From: an uncultured Clostridia bacterium
Lineage (GTDB): Bacteria > Bacillota > Clostridia > Christensenellales > UBA1242
Direction: 5' to 3'
Assembly: GCA_944383415.1 (NCBI GenBank)
Contig: CALWPK010000001.1
Coordinates: forward strand, 103,107-167,106
DNA length: 64,000 nucleotides
Of the stretch, positions 38,118 to 47,355 are shown one piece after another; positions within the stretch are counted from its first letter, which is position 1, and each line of letters begins with the position of its first letter. The notes below the pieces were generated by a model. That model worked only from the letters and a program-made list of their open reading frames with translations. It was not told the DNA's origin and searched no databases. Made by a program: the position numbers and the translations under genes.

Positions 38118-39437
38118 TTATTTTTTATATTCACGCGCCCTATATGATGTATGCAAATATTGCTCTGCTTTTTCGCTCAGTGGGGATATCAAAAATTCTT
38201 TGTACAGTGCCTGTATCTTTGGATTTTCGAAACTTGATTTGATATCCATCTTTGCATCCTGATCGTACAATCCTTTGGCACGCGCGACCACTCGCTCGTC
38301 AGGATTGTTCGACTTTGGCTGACCGCCACCACCGACACAACCGTTTGGACAAGCCATCACTTCTATCATATCATAATTTTTGCTCTTGAGTCTATTCAAT
38401 ACATCGCGTGCCTGCATAGTGCCGAATATTACACACAATTTGATCTCTTTCCCTAGCAAATTCACTGATGCAGTCTTCACGTCTTTGTATCCACGCAATT
38501 TCTTGAATTGCAATAGATCGCTCGGTGGATTTTCTCCTGTCGTGAAATAGTACGCCGTGCGTACCGCCGCCTCCATCACTCCACCGCTCGCACCGAAGAT
38601 CACTCCCGCTCCGCTCCCTGTAGGGAAATGAGAGTCGAACGGCTCATCTTTTAGGGTGCTAAATTTTATTTTATTGCGTTTTGCTAGTCTGCCAACCTCA
38701 CGAACGGACACGACAAAATTCGTATCTTTCCCGTAATATGAACGCAGTTCTTCACGTTCGGCTTCAAATTTTTTGGCAACACACGGTGTCATTGCCACCA
38801 CCACCAAATCGCTAGGATCAATTTTGATAGATTTGGCAAAATAGTTTTTTATTACGCTAGACATCATCCCTATCGGGCTACGGCAGGTGGACAAGTTCGG
38901 GATATATTGTGGATAAAACGTCTCCACGAATTTCACCCACGCAGGACAGCAACTGGTGAACTGCGGTAGAGTTTTCCCATTCTTTATTCTATCGATAAGT
39001 TCGCTCGCCTCTTCCATAATCGTGAGGTCAGCACCGAAGGTCACGTCAAAGACATAATCCACACCCAAGCGTTTTAGTAGTGACACCATTTTGCCTGCCA
39101 CGAATTCGCCAGCAGGCAAGTCAAACATCTCGCCCAAAGACACCCTCACTGACGGACTAGTGATCACCGCCACCTTTTTCTTGGGATCATTGATTGCGGT
39201 CATCAGCGCGTCCGTGCTATCCACCTCAGTAATCGAATCCACTGGGCAAACGTTGGCGCATTGTCCACAATTTATGCACACGATATCTTCGCTATCGTAC
39301 TTCCAATATCCTGCCACACCCATTTTCTTTTTGCACACATCTTTGCACTTTCCGCACAAAACGCACTTCCTCTCATTCCTTTTAATGCTAGGATTGTTGT
39401 GGCTGATCGGCACTCTTATCTCGCTGTATTTATCCAT
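38118..39437 (-). CDS. [FeFe]-hydrogenase catalytic subunit with an N-terminal 2x[4Fe-4S] ferredoxin domain
   Basis: H-cluster motifs TSCCPAW, MTPCVAKKFE and EVMACPNGCVGGGGQP, plus two CxxCxxCxxxCP ferredoxin motifs. The ATG at 39437 is preceded by GGAGG (the track TTG start lies inside the RBS). Confidence 0.9.
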   Translation of the reverse strand: MDKYSEIRVPISHNNPSIKRNERKCVLCGKCKDVCKKKMGVAGYWKYDSEDIVCINCGQCANVCPVDSITEVDSTDALMTAINDPKKKVAVITSPSVRVSLGEMFDLPAGEFVAGKMVSLLKRLGVDYVFDVTFGADLTIMEEASELIDRIKNGKTLPQFTSCCPAWVKFVETFYPQYIPNLSTCRSPIGMMSSVIKNYFAKSIKIDPSDLVVVAMTPCVAKKFEAEREELRSYYGKDTNFVVSVREVGRLAKRNKIKFSTLKDEPFDSHFPTGSGAGVIFGASGGVMEAAVRTAYYFTTGENPPSDLLQFKKLRGYKDVKTASVNLLGKEIKLCVIFGTMQARDVLNRLKSKNYDMIEVMACPNGCVGGGGQPKSNNPDERVVARAKGLYDQDAKMDIKSSFENPKIQALYKEFLISPLSEKAEQYLHTSYRAREYKK

Positions 39438-39489
39438 AATTTCCTCCAATGTATTTAATGTTTTTGTTTTGCTTTGTGTCGAGTTTTCT

Positions 39490-39790
39490 AATTTTCTATT
39501 TTCAAGTGTTTCTATCTATAATTAATCTATATTTTAATTTTGCTCTCAAATTAAACTTTACTTTTAGGTATTTCAGTCTACGACTGATCTTTTTTAATTT
39601 CGCTCTAAATTTGCACTTTACTTTCAAGTGATTTGCACTCAAATTTATCTATATTCGAAAGTGTTTCTGTACCAAATTCAACTACGCTTCAATGTATTTC
39701 AACCTCAAATAAACTGTGTTTCAATGCTTTTGGCTCAAATTGGACTTTATTATCACCTCAAATTGATTTCAAAGTTTTTAAAAAGTTTCG
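39490..39790. repeat. Degenerate tandem repeats (~31-45 bp, 7-8 units) in the hydrogenase upstream region
   Basis: Recurring CTCAAATT-N8-12-TTCAA(A/T)G-N-ATTTC units, for example at 39545, 39603, 39638, 39704, 39734 and 39757. Confidence 0.6.
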
Positions 39791-39810
39791 TGCTTCAACG
39801 CTAAAAACAA

Positions 39811-41064
39811 CTATTTTTCTACCAGTGGTTTGATGGGTCTGTTTTCCTTCAGATCTTTCACACTCGTCACGAAATCGGCGACCTCAGGTAACTTCATATA
39901 AAAGGTCTTGGCATTCTTAGGTCGGGTGTACAAAGACACATTGTATTCCCTTTTCAAGCGATCTTTCAATTCAAACACTTCAATAATATCGTCATCATCG
40001 TCATATATCAATGCCAAATTTTGCCTAATATTGAGATCATTTTCCCTATCTTTCAAAAGTAGACAGATCGGCTCAAATCCTAGACTTATTCCCACGACAG
40101 GAGAAGGATTGCCAGAAAACTTTTCCACCATTTTGTCATATCTACCGCCACCGCCGATCGCGCCAGAGAATCCATCTGTGTACAATTCGTAAACAGTCCC
40201 CGTGTAATAGCCCTGCCCGCGCACAATTGATATATCATATTTTATCGTAAAACGGTTTTTGGTTAGACGAGTGAGCGTGTCGATGAGATAGTTCATTCTC
40301 TCAATTTTTTCGCGACAAGCGCCGTATTTTTCGGTTGCCAATAAGCCTTTATCCACAACATCATTCACTATATCCACAAGTTTATTTATCTTTTCGGTAG
40401 CAAAACCCTTTTCAATGAGTTCCATCATAACGCCCGTGATTGAAATTTTGTCAATCTTATCTAGCGTGACGCACACCGTACCTATTTCGCCATCTTCAAA
40501 ACCAGCAAAACGCACCAACTGATTCAAAATCTCTCTATCGTTGATCCTCAAAATAAGATTTTCAAATCCTAAACGCTCTAAGGTGTCAAAACAAGTCTTG
40601 ATCAACTCCAATTCTGCGTTGATACTGCTATCACCGAACACATCTATATCGCATTGTGTAAATTGACGATTCCTGCCTCTCTGCGGTCGTTCTGCACGAA
40701 ATGCAGGTCCGATTTGAATAGTTTTGAATGGTGTAGGCAATTTTTCCCTATTGTTTGAATACATCCTTGCCAGCGGGACAGTGAGATCGTATCTGAGCCC
40801 CTCCTCAGTGATTTCGTCAATGGTCAGATTTTCCTTCGTCAAATCCAGTTTTTCTCCACGCTTGATCGTTTTGAACATCAAACGCAAATTGTCCCCACCC
40901 TCACTGCTATTCAAAAAATCAAGACTTTCCAAAATAGGAGTATCTATCAGATTGTATCCGTTTTCTTGATATGAATTGAGGATAGTCGCTCTCACATATT
41001 CGCGTAGGCGTGCCTCTTTTGGCAAATAATCATACGTTCCTCGAATTGGATTAAAGTTTTTCAT
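39811..41064 (-). CDS. hisS: Histidine--tRNA ligase
   Basis: RGTYDYLPKE, FRAERPQRGRNRQFTQCDIDVFG (motif 2) and GGGGRYDKM (motif 3). The ATG at 41064 follows AGGAGA. Confidence 0.9.
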   Translation of the reverse strand: MKNFNPIRGTYDYLPKEARLREYVRATILNSYQENGYNLIDTPILESLDFLNSSEGGDNLRLMFKTIKRGEKLDLTKENLTIDEITEEGLRYDLTVPLARMYSNNREKLPTPFKTIQIGPAFRAERPQRGRNRQFTQCDIDVFGDSSINAELELIKTCFDTLERLGFENLILRINDREILNQLVRFAGFEDGEIGTVCVTLDKIDKISITGVMMELIEKGFATEKINKLVDIVNDVVDKGLLATEKYGACREKIERMNYLIDTLTRLTKNRFTIKYDISIVRGQGYYTGTVYELYTDGFSGAIGGGGRYDKMVEKFSGNPSPVVGISLGFEPICLLLKDRENDLNIRQNLALIYDDDDDIIEVFELKDRLKREYNVSLYTRPKNAKTFYMKLPEVADFVTSVKDLKENRPIKPLVEK

Positions 41065-41131
41065 ACAATCTCCTAAGCAAAAAAAATACTTGCTATCTAG
41101 CAAGTATTATAACGGAAAATCATATCAAATG

Positions 41132-41371
41132 TCAATCGTTTGAAATCTTAACTTCTCCACAAAGGATATCATTATACGAATATGTGTTGATAGACTCGAG
41201 TTCTAGCGAACAAGATTTCACCGTGAAAACACTAGAATACACATCCTCAATGCGCGCTCGATACGCACTGATTTTTCTACGCCCGCGATTGATATATAGA
41301 TTCACCTCTTTTCCCTTGAGATCCATAATTTTTTTCTTAATATTTTCGATGGTGTTAGGCATTTTCTTCAT
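41132..41371 (-). CDS. veg: Veg protein (DUF1021)
   Basis: IENIKKKIMDLKGKEVNLYINRGRRKISAYRARIEDVYSSVFTV...YSYNDIL aligns with B. subtilis Veg. Confidence 0.85.
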   Translation of the reverse strand: MKKMPNTIENIKKKIMDLKGKEVNLYINRGRRKISAYRARIEDVYSSVFTVKSCSLELESINTYSYNDILCGEVKISND

Positions 41372-41440
41372 AGTTCACCCCTAAATATGTTTTACTAATG
41401 GCTCCTTTTTACACACCATCGACAAAATAAGTCAAAAGAA

Positions 41441-41986
41441 TTAGTCGTCGTCCTTGTCATCCTTGTCGTCATCTTCGTCGTCATCATCGTCATCATCTTC
41501 GTCGTCATCGTCATCATCATCGTCTTCGTCATCGTCCAAAATGTCTAAGTCAAAATCTTCGTCTTCATCATCCGAATCTAGATCCTTATCCAAATCTTCT
41601 GCGAAATCAAAGTCATCCACCATTCCAGAGGTGTCTTCCATCTCGTCATTATCATAATCGTCCGTATCTTCGTCTTCGTCCTCGTCGTCGTCTTCGTCGT
41701 CATCATCGGCAATATATTTGTGCCAATCTGCCACTTCTTTGTCCTCAGCGTCTTCGCTAGGTTCGATGCCCAACTCCTGCTTGCAACTGTCGCATATCTC
41801 TTGGTCACTTTGCACAAAATTGATTTTGCAAATTGGGCAAAGTTCCAAATCTCCGATATCATCCTCGCTAGATTTGATAAGTTTCATTTCTTTTTTGCAG
41901 ACATTGCAGTATTGATCAGATTTCTTGATGTAGTTCAATTCACAACGTGGACATAGTATCCAAACAGGTTTTGTAGATTTTCCCAT
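41441..41986 (-). CDS. Double zinc-ribbon protein with a ~95-aa poly-Asp/Glu tail
   Basis: Two zinc-ribbon Cys pairs (CPRC...CNVC, CPIC...CDSC) followed by a D/E-only tail. The ATG at 41986 follows AAGGAGAG. Confidence 0.6.
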   Translation of the reverse strand: MGKSTKPVWILCPRCELNYIKKSDQYCNVCKKEMKLIKSSEDDIGDLELCPICKINFVQSDQEICDSCKQELGIEPSEDAEDKEVADWHKYIADDDDEDDDEDEDEDTDDYDNDEMEDTSGMVDDFDFAEDLDKDLDSDDEDEDFDLDILDDDEDDDDDDDDEDDDDDDDEDDDKDDKDDD

Positions 41987-42200
41987 AAACACTCTCCTTA
42001 TAATTTGCTTAGTATATTATAATTATTGAAAATTTATTTGTCTACTGAATTTGAAAAATAATCCAAAATTATTTCAAAAATTTGTCGACAATTAATTATT
42101 CCGCCTTTAAATACAGCAAATAATCCACAAATTCCTTAAATATTCCAAAAAACGCGTCAAAAAAAAGAACGTATCTCCTGATAAATTCTTTCCTTCGTGA

Positions 42201-42953
42201 TTACGCTCCTTCGATAAGCATTTTGTCTGCCACCAGTGCGATGAATTCGCCATTGGTTGGCTTTTCGTTGCTCGAATAGACTTTGATACCAAATAGGTTG
42301 TTTATGTTTTCTATTTTTCCACGATTCCAAGCGACTTCGATTGCGTGACGTATTGCTCGCTCGACCTTTGAGGCGCTGGTGTCATACTTTTCGGCTATGG
42401 TTGGATATAATTTTTTCGTGATAGAATTGATAATTTCAGGATTCGCTATAGCAAGTTTGATCGCCTCTCGCAAGAATTGATATCCCTTGATGTGTGCAGG
42501 AATTCCTACTGTGATAAATATATTTGTGATCTTCTCTTCAATCTGATTCGGCGTCTTTGCGTTGAAGAAAACTTTTGTTTGGCTGGTATCTGGTTTCAAT
42601 AGATCTTCTATCCTGTCCTTCAGCGTCTCGATGTCGAATGGTTTGATGCAATAGTATTTCGCTCCGCTAGATATTGCTTTGTTGATGAATCCATCTATTG
42701 ACAAAGCGGAATGTACAATTATCTTGGTATTGATCGATTTTCGTATTGACTCCAACACCTTGAATCCGTCGCATTTTTGCAAAACTATGTCCATCACCAC
42801 GATGTCAGGAATGTATCGATTGATAAGGTCTATCAACTCTTCGCCATCTGATGTGCAAGCCAAAACTTCATATCGTTCTGATGTGAAATTTCTTTTCATT
42901 TCATCTAAAGTATTTTGATCTTCGTCTGCGAGTATGAGTGTAATTTTTTTCAT
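42201..42953 (-). CDS. spo0A: Sporulation master regulator Spo0A
   Basis: Receiver domain (ILADED..., VMDIVL) plus the Spo0A_C signature GIPAHIKGYQFLREAIKLA ... SITKKLYPTIAEKYDTSASKVERAIRHAIEVAWNRG. Confidence 0.96.
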   Translation of the reverse strand: MKKITLILADEDQNTLDEMKRNFTSERYEVLACTSDGEELIDLINRYIPDIVVMDIVLQKCDGFKVLESIRKSINTKIIVHSALSIDGFINKAISSGAKYYCIKPFDIETLKDRIEDLLKPDTSQTKVFFNAKTPNQIEEKITNIFITVGIPAHIKGYQFLREAIKLAIANPEIINSITKKLYPTIAEKYDTSASKVERAIRHAIEVAWNRGKIENINNLFGIKVYSSNEKPTNGEFIALVADKMLIEGA

Positions 42954-43080
42954 ATTTTCCCCCTTATTTTTTTGCGTGTTCTACACGTAAATATAATAGC
43001 AAAAAATGCCTATTTTTACTAAAAGAAAAAGTTACTAATTTGCTTATATTTAGCAATTTTAGAGGTATAAAAAACTAAAT

Positions 43081-43087
43081 TGTCGAA
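43081..43087 (+). promoter_or_regulatory. Candidate Spo0A box (TGTCGAA) in the spo0A / sipL-like divergent intergenic region
   Basis: Exact 7-mer 128 nt upstream of the spo0A ATG. Could be chance. Confidence 0.3.
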
Positions 43088-43276
43088 AACAATTCAAGCC
43101 TTTGAATAATTTAAAATAATATAGTGAAATTTACGATTTTCAGCATAAAAACAAGTTCTTATCTCGAATTTTTGCTATTCATAATTTTAGTGTCAAATGG
43201 GAAATAGGATATTTTTTATTTTGAATTTAGTCATATTTTGAAAACGGATATTATACATTATATAGAGGAGGTCCAA

Positions 43277-44788
43277 ATGGAAGAAAATCAAGACGCCATC
43301 AAAATCACTTATGCAAAAAATTTATCAAAAGTAAATTTCAACTCCACCATAAACGTAAATATAGATTCCAATGTCAATATCAAGACAATCCTTGATATTG
43401 ATAGTTATATCTATGACAAAAAGGTCGAATCGGGCAACGGAAAAGCGGTGGTGAGCGGAAAATTGGGGGTGAAGGTCCTATATATTGACACAGACAATAT
43501 CACAAACACGATCACCGATTCTCAATCTTTTAGCGAAAACATTGCAGACTCATCTATCACGAGCGACTGCATCATCAATCTAGATAATGTTTCAATATTA
43601 AACAATGTGCTGTCATCTGACAGTCAGTTGAAGATAAACTGCGAAGTGAGTTTCTCTCCAATGATATATCTAAACATTGGAATAGCGAACAAGTCCAGCA
43701 GTTTCGACAATCTCATCACGAAAAAAAGTGAGATCAGCACCAGCACAATTTCCGGAAAGGTGAATACCAGTTTTGAATATACTACGAATTTTGAGACGCG
43801 TGACAATATCACCAAAATTTTATGCTACAACGCATACTTTGCCCCGTCATCCACTCTGGCAAGCGAGGGTGGTGCGATCGTCGAAGGAAAGTTATTTTCG
43901 AAACTGATCTACGAGACGCAAGATGGAGAAAATAGCAAAATCAAAGAACTTAGTGACATTTTCAATATCAAGACAGATGTCAATCTACCTTTCGTCGAGC
44001 AGGACTCCACTTTGGATCTATCGTTTGAGGTCAACAAATCTCTCACCAATCTATCTACAGATTTCGAAGAGGGCAACAGTATTGTGACCATCACGCATAA
44101 TATTGATGTGTGTGGCATAGCAATCAAAAGCATTTCTATTGACGTTGTGGACGATCTCTATAGCACGGAAAACGAGGTCGAATTGACTACGACCAAGCGT
44201 GACTACAACAAAAATATCCAAACCAAATCCATCTCTGACAATATCAATGGAGAAATCAGTCTGACGAACAAAGAGCCAGCCATAGACGAAATTGTCTCGA
44301 ACTGCAATATCAACGCAGAGATCACGAATAGTTATATAAAAGATGGCAATTTGATTTTGGAAGGAATCATCTCTTCGCACCTAATATACATTGATGAAAA
44401 CAAAGAATATTCACACAAACATCTTGAATTGCCGTTCGTTTTGAACACGAAAATTGAATTGGACCACATAGACTGCCTGCACTCGCAAATCTGCGTCTCT
44501 GACTGCAAGACAAAAGTGAAACGTGGCACAATAATCGAACTTGACTACAATGTCTTGGTATGTCTACATATCTATCAAAAGGACAGTCGAGAAATAATCG
44601 ACAATTTCACACTAGGCAAAGCATTGGACTTCTCTAGTTATGATTACCAGATTTTCCTAGCAAAGCCGAATGAAAGTTTGTGGAATCTTTGCAAACGAAT
44701 CAAAATTTCTCCAGAGGACATCAGCAAATACAACAAGGACTTACCTTTGGTACTGAATGGTGGAGAAAAAGTGATCATCAAAAGATAA
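43277..44788 (+). CDS. SpoVID/SipL-like protein: DUF3794 (SPOCS)-type repeats with a C-terminal LysM domain
   Basis: C-terminal LysM is YQIFLAKPNESLWNLCKRIKISPEDISKYNKDLPLVLNGGEKVIIK. The ATG at 43277 follows GGAGG. The track TTG start at 43238 is less likely. Confidence 0.6.
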   Translation: MEENQDAIKITYAKNLSKVNFNSTINVNIDSNVNIKTILDIDSYIYDKKVESGNGKAVVSGKLGVKVLYIDTDNITNTITDSQSFSENIADSSITSDCIINLDNVSILNNVLSSDSQLKINCEVSFSPMIYLNIGIANKSSSFDNLITKKSEISTSTISGKVNTSFEYTTNFETRDNITKILCYNAYFAPSSTLASEGGAIVEGKLFSKLIYETQDGENSKIKELSDIFNIKTDVNLPFVEQDSTLDLSFEVNKSLTNLSTDFEEGNSIVTITHNIDVCGIAIKSISIDVVDDLYSTENEVELTTTKRDYNKNIQTKSISDNINGEISLTNKEPAIDEIVSNCNINAEITNSYIKDGNLILEGIISSHLIYIDENKEYSHKHLELPFVLNTKIELDHIDCLHSQICVSDCKTKVKRGTIIELDYNVLVCLHIYQKDSREIIDNFTLGKALDFSSYDYQIFLAKPNESLWNLCKRIKISPEDISKYNKDLPLVLNGGEKVIIKR

Positions 44789-44904
44789 TACAAAATAGAA
44801 TGAACACTTCTCATTGATGTGCGTCCCAATCTTGCTAGGTAGTGCTATCAATTTGGCAAATTTGAGCATAGATTTTAGGCGAAATTCAATGAAAAATATT
44901 ATAT

Positions 44905-45060
44905 AAAAAAGCAGTAATTAAATTACTGCTTTTTGAATGGATGTAGGCGCGTATTCCTCCCACATCGATTCAAGCGTCTCATAAGTTTGTTATGAGTAAT
45001 CCCCCAAACTAATGAGGTGACATCCGCTCGTCGGTCATCGCACGAAATCTACCGACCTCT
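44905..45060 (-). ncRNA. Candidate orphan small RNA or degenerate member of the hairpin-repeat family
   Basis: On the minus strand, TTGACT plus a 15-17 nt spacer and TATAAT/TAATAA lie near 45066-45095. About 120 nt of GC-richer sequence follows, with hairpins GTCGGT/ACCGAC and CTCATAA-CAAAC-TTATGAG. It ends at the 44911-44934 terminator. It contains TCGATGTGGGAGG, similar to the 3' half of unit H. Confidence 0.25.
44911..44934. terminator. Bidirectional rho-independent terminator
   Basis: GCAGTAATT-AA-AATTACTGC is flanked by A6 upstream and T5 downstream. Confidence 0.7.
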
Positions 45061-45630
45061 CCATTAATACTATTATTATATACTGAAAATTAAAAAGTCA
45101 ACAATATTTGAAAAAGTAGTAAAGGTGTTTTTTATTCAATCAGATTCAAAACTGCATTTGAGATCTTTTACTAGCGATTAATTTTTAAAAACTTCGCATT
45201 CTTTGTCTAGAGTATACGAAGAACTGAGAGCATTGAATTAAAAGCATCTCACAACTTGTCTAACCTATATAGACGGAGAGGCGTTCGTTGAAAACATATT
45301 GAAAAGTGTGAACTGCGATACGATGGACTCCTGCGAAAACTCATATAGTCCAATTCTTCTTTTCCTCAATTCGCCTATTCTTTTCAGATATCCTTATGAA
45401 AGATTATGATCGCCATTTTGAAATAAACAGTAGGCAACTATATTGGCAACTAGTTTTTATGTATATGTCATATAAAGTGCAAAAATCGAAAGACTTATCT
45501 AATGATTGAACAATAAACTCATACATAGAATCAAATCTGCTAATTAGTTTTCAATAAATTTTTTAATATGTGACATATATCGGCTGAAATAATTAAAATA
45601 TAGTTTAAAATTAAAATATAGGAGAAAATT

Positions 45631-45834
45631 ATGAATTACCAAATTAATAAATCAAAGATTTTTCTTAGACTAGAAGAATACGAATTGACGATTGATAGTC
45701 TATCAAAATTGTCGAAAATATCTGTCACTTATCTTATCAAGATGCTTGCAGGAAAGACAAAAAAATTGCTTCCATTCCTAACTGTTGCTAAAATCCTAGA
45801 TCTATCACTTAATGAAATAATAATTTATACTTAA
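45631..45834 (+). CDS. Small HTH (XRE-like) protein
   Basis: 67 aa with RBS AGGAGAA. Helix-turn-helix-like LTIDSLSKLSKISVTYLIKMLAG. Confidence 0.5.
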   Translation: MNYQINKSKIFLRLEEYELTIDSLSKLSKISVTYLIKMLAGKTKKLLPFLTVAKILDLSLNEIIIYT

Positions 45835-45845
45835 AACAGTGTTTA

Positions 45846-46052
45846 TTAAAAATCTGCCAAACCTACCAAAAAATCAATTGACACATTAAAATATTTTGCC
45901 AACTCTATAAAATATTCAATGAAAGGTGTGCGTTCACCTGATTCCCATTTAGCAATAGTAGCCTGCTGTACCCCCATTGCTTCACCTAATTCTGTTTGAG
46001 TCAACTTTTTATCTTTTCTTAATGCCCTAAGCCTTTTAGGAAATTCTGTCAT
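45846..46052 (-). CDS. XRE-family HTH transcriptional regulator
   Basis: LRALRKDKKLTQTELGEAMGVQQATIAKWESGERTP is a canonical HTH_3 motif. RBS AAAGGAG. Confidence 0.8.
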   Translation of the reverse strand: MTEFPKRLRALRKDKKLTQTELGEAMGVQQATIAKWESGERTPFIEYFIELAKYFNVSIDFLVGLADF

Positions 46053-46226
46053 AATATACTCCTTTCTTTAAATATTTTAAGAAAAAATATGTAAATTAGT
46101 TGACAAATGTCATCCTGCTATAATATAAATAATACAGGCGAGGTATTTTGTATCAACCATTATCTTAATACAATGAAAAAAGTCTTTTTATGCACATTTT
46201 TTTTAGATACGAAATATTATTGCTTG

Positions 46227-46262
46227 AAAAAAGACACGTTTGATCAACGTTGTCTTTTTTTT
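46227..46262. terminator. Bidirectional terminator downstream of the gpsA-like gene
   Basis: A6-GACACGTT-TGATCA-AACGTTGTC-T8. Confidence 0.5.
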
Positions 46263-46317
46263 GTATTTTCTTTGAATTTTTGAAAAATCGAAATAAACAG
46301 TGGATATTAGATAAAAA

Positions 46318-47355
46318 TTACAAATAGAGTGCTTCCGTGATTTTCTCGCTGATATATTCACCCGCTTTATCAAGTGGAATACGTCCGTTGACTATATCGT
46401 TCACCGCTTCACAAATCGGCATTCTCAATTGCTGTTGTTCGCTAACACGTGCGTTGAATTGATCTTTTTTCAGTATCAAGGCATCACTAGTCTTGATTCC
46501 CTCCACTGTGCAAGGGATCACTTTCTCGCGAATTTTATCATTGTCTAATGCTAATTCTTTCACAATCTCTCTACCATAGGTGAGGTTTTTGCTATTATGA
46601 TCAAATAACGTGGCTTGGAAGTCACCCAAAAATGCCAACCCAGACGCGCTTTCCCTATCTCCGCCAAGTGCGTCAATGAACATACCCAACTCTTTCACGC
46701 TAGCAGGCATAAGCGGACCTTTTTTCTGCTCAAAGCCACATCCCTCAAGTATCCCTGCCGCTATTCCAATTACGTTTTTTGCGGCAGCACCATACTCTGT
46801 GCCGATTATGTCATTGGAATGCGTAATGTCTATCACTTTCCTGCGAGTGAAAATTTTGGTGAGTCTTTTCGCGTACTGCTCACGGTAGGCACTGATTATC
46901 ATATTCGTAGGTTGCCCTGCGAAAATCGACTGCACGTGGCCAGGACCCACCCAAACGGCGATGTTGTCTTTCTTCACCCCGTTGTCCAAAAGTATTTCAC
47001 TGAGCCGTCTACCAGTCGTTGCCTCCACTCCTTTCATAGCGACCACATAATGTTTGTTTTCATAACCTTTGATCTTGCTGACATTTTTCATCAAACTATC
47101 TAGTGCCTGACTGAGAATAGATATGATGATAATGTTGCTGTGCCTCAACGCACGCTCAAGGTCGTGAGTGAAATTCACATTTTCTGATAGTTCCACAAAT
47201 TTATTCTTTCGCGTCAAAAATAGTGGATTTTCTTTCTCTTCAATTCTCTCCCAAACTAGCACGTCATAATTTAACTTGTCCATACAAAAGGCAATGTTGC
47301 TTGCCCATCTACCTGCACCTAAAATACTAATCTTCATCATCTTCATCCTTTTCAT
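46318..47355 (-). CDS. gpsA: NAD(P)H-dependent glycerol-3-phosphate dehydrogenase-like
   Basis: KISILGAGRWASNIAF (Rossmann fold), WVGPGHVQ, DIIGTEYGAAAKNVIGIAAG. The start is uncertain (ATGs at 47355, 47346, 47340, 47337). It overlaps the lysS 3' end. Confidence 0.78.
   Translation of the reverse strand: MKRMKMMKISILGAGRWASNIAFCMDKLNYDVLVWERIEEKENPLFLTRKNKFVELSENVNFTHDLERALRHSNIIIISILSQALDSLMKNVSKIKGYENKHYVVAMKGVEATTGRRLSEILLDNGVKKDNIAVWVGPGHVQSIFAGQPTNMIISAYREQYAKRLTKIFTRRKVIDITHSNDIIGTEYGAAAKNVIGIAAGILEGCGFEQKKGPLMPASVKELGMFIDALGGDRESASGLAFLGDFQATLFDHNSKNLTYGREIVKELALDNDKIREKVIPCTVEGIKTSDALILKKDQFNARVSEQQQLRMPICEAVNDIVNGRIPLDKAGEYISEKITEALYL

Noticed and set aside
38908-38916. Perfect DnaA-box 9-mers: TGTGGATAA here and TTATCCACA at 40349-40357.
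   Set aside because: They are isolated single boxes inside the hydrogenase and hisS coding sequences, not clustered, with no adjacent AT-rich unwinding element. Most likely chance occurrences.
39449-39833. ORFs 39449..39631 and 39633..39833.
   Set aside because: They lie in the degenerate tandem-repeat region upstream of the hydrogenase. They are low-complexity F/L/N-rich translations with no RBS.
41454-41657. Poly-serine ORF (67 aa) on the plus strand.
   Set aside because: It is the antisense reading of the GAT/GAC/GAA triplet run encoding the poly-Asp/Glu tail, so it is an artefact of the repeat.
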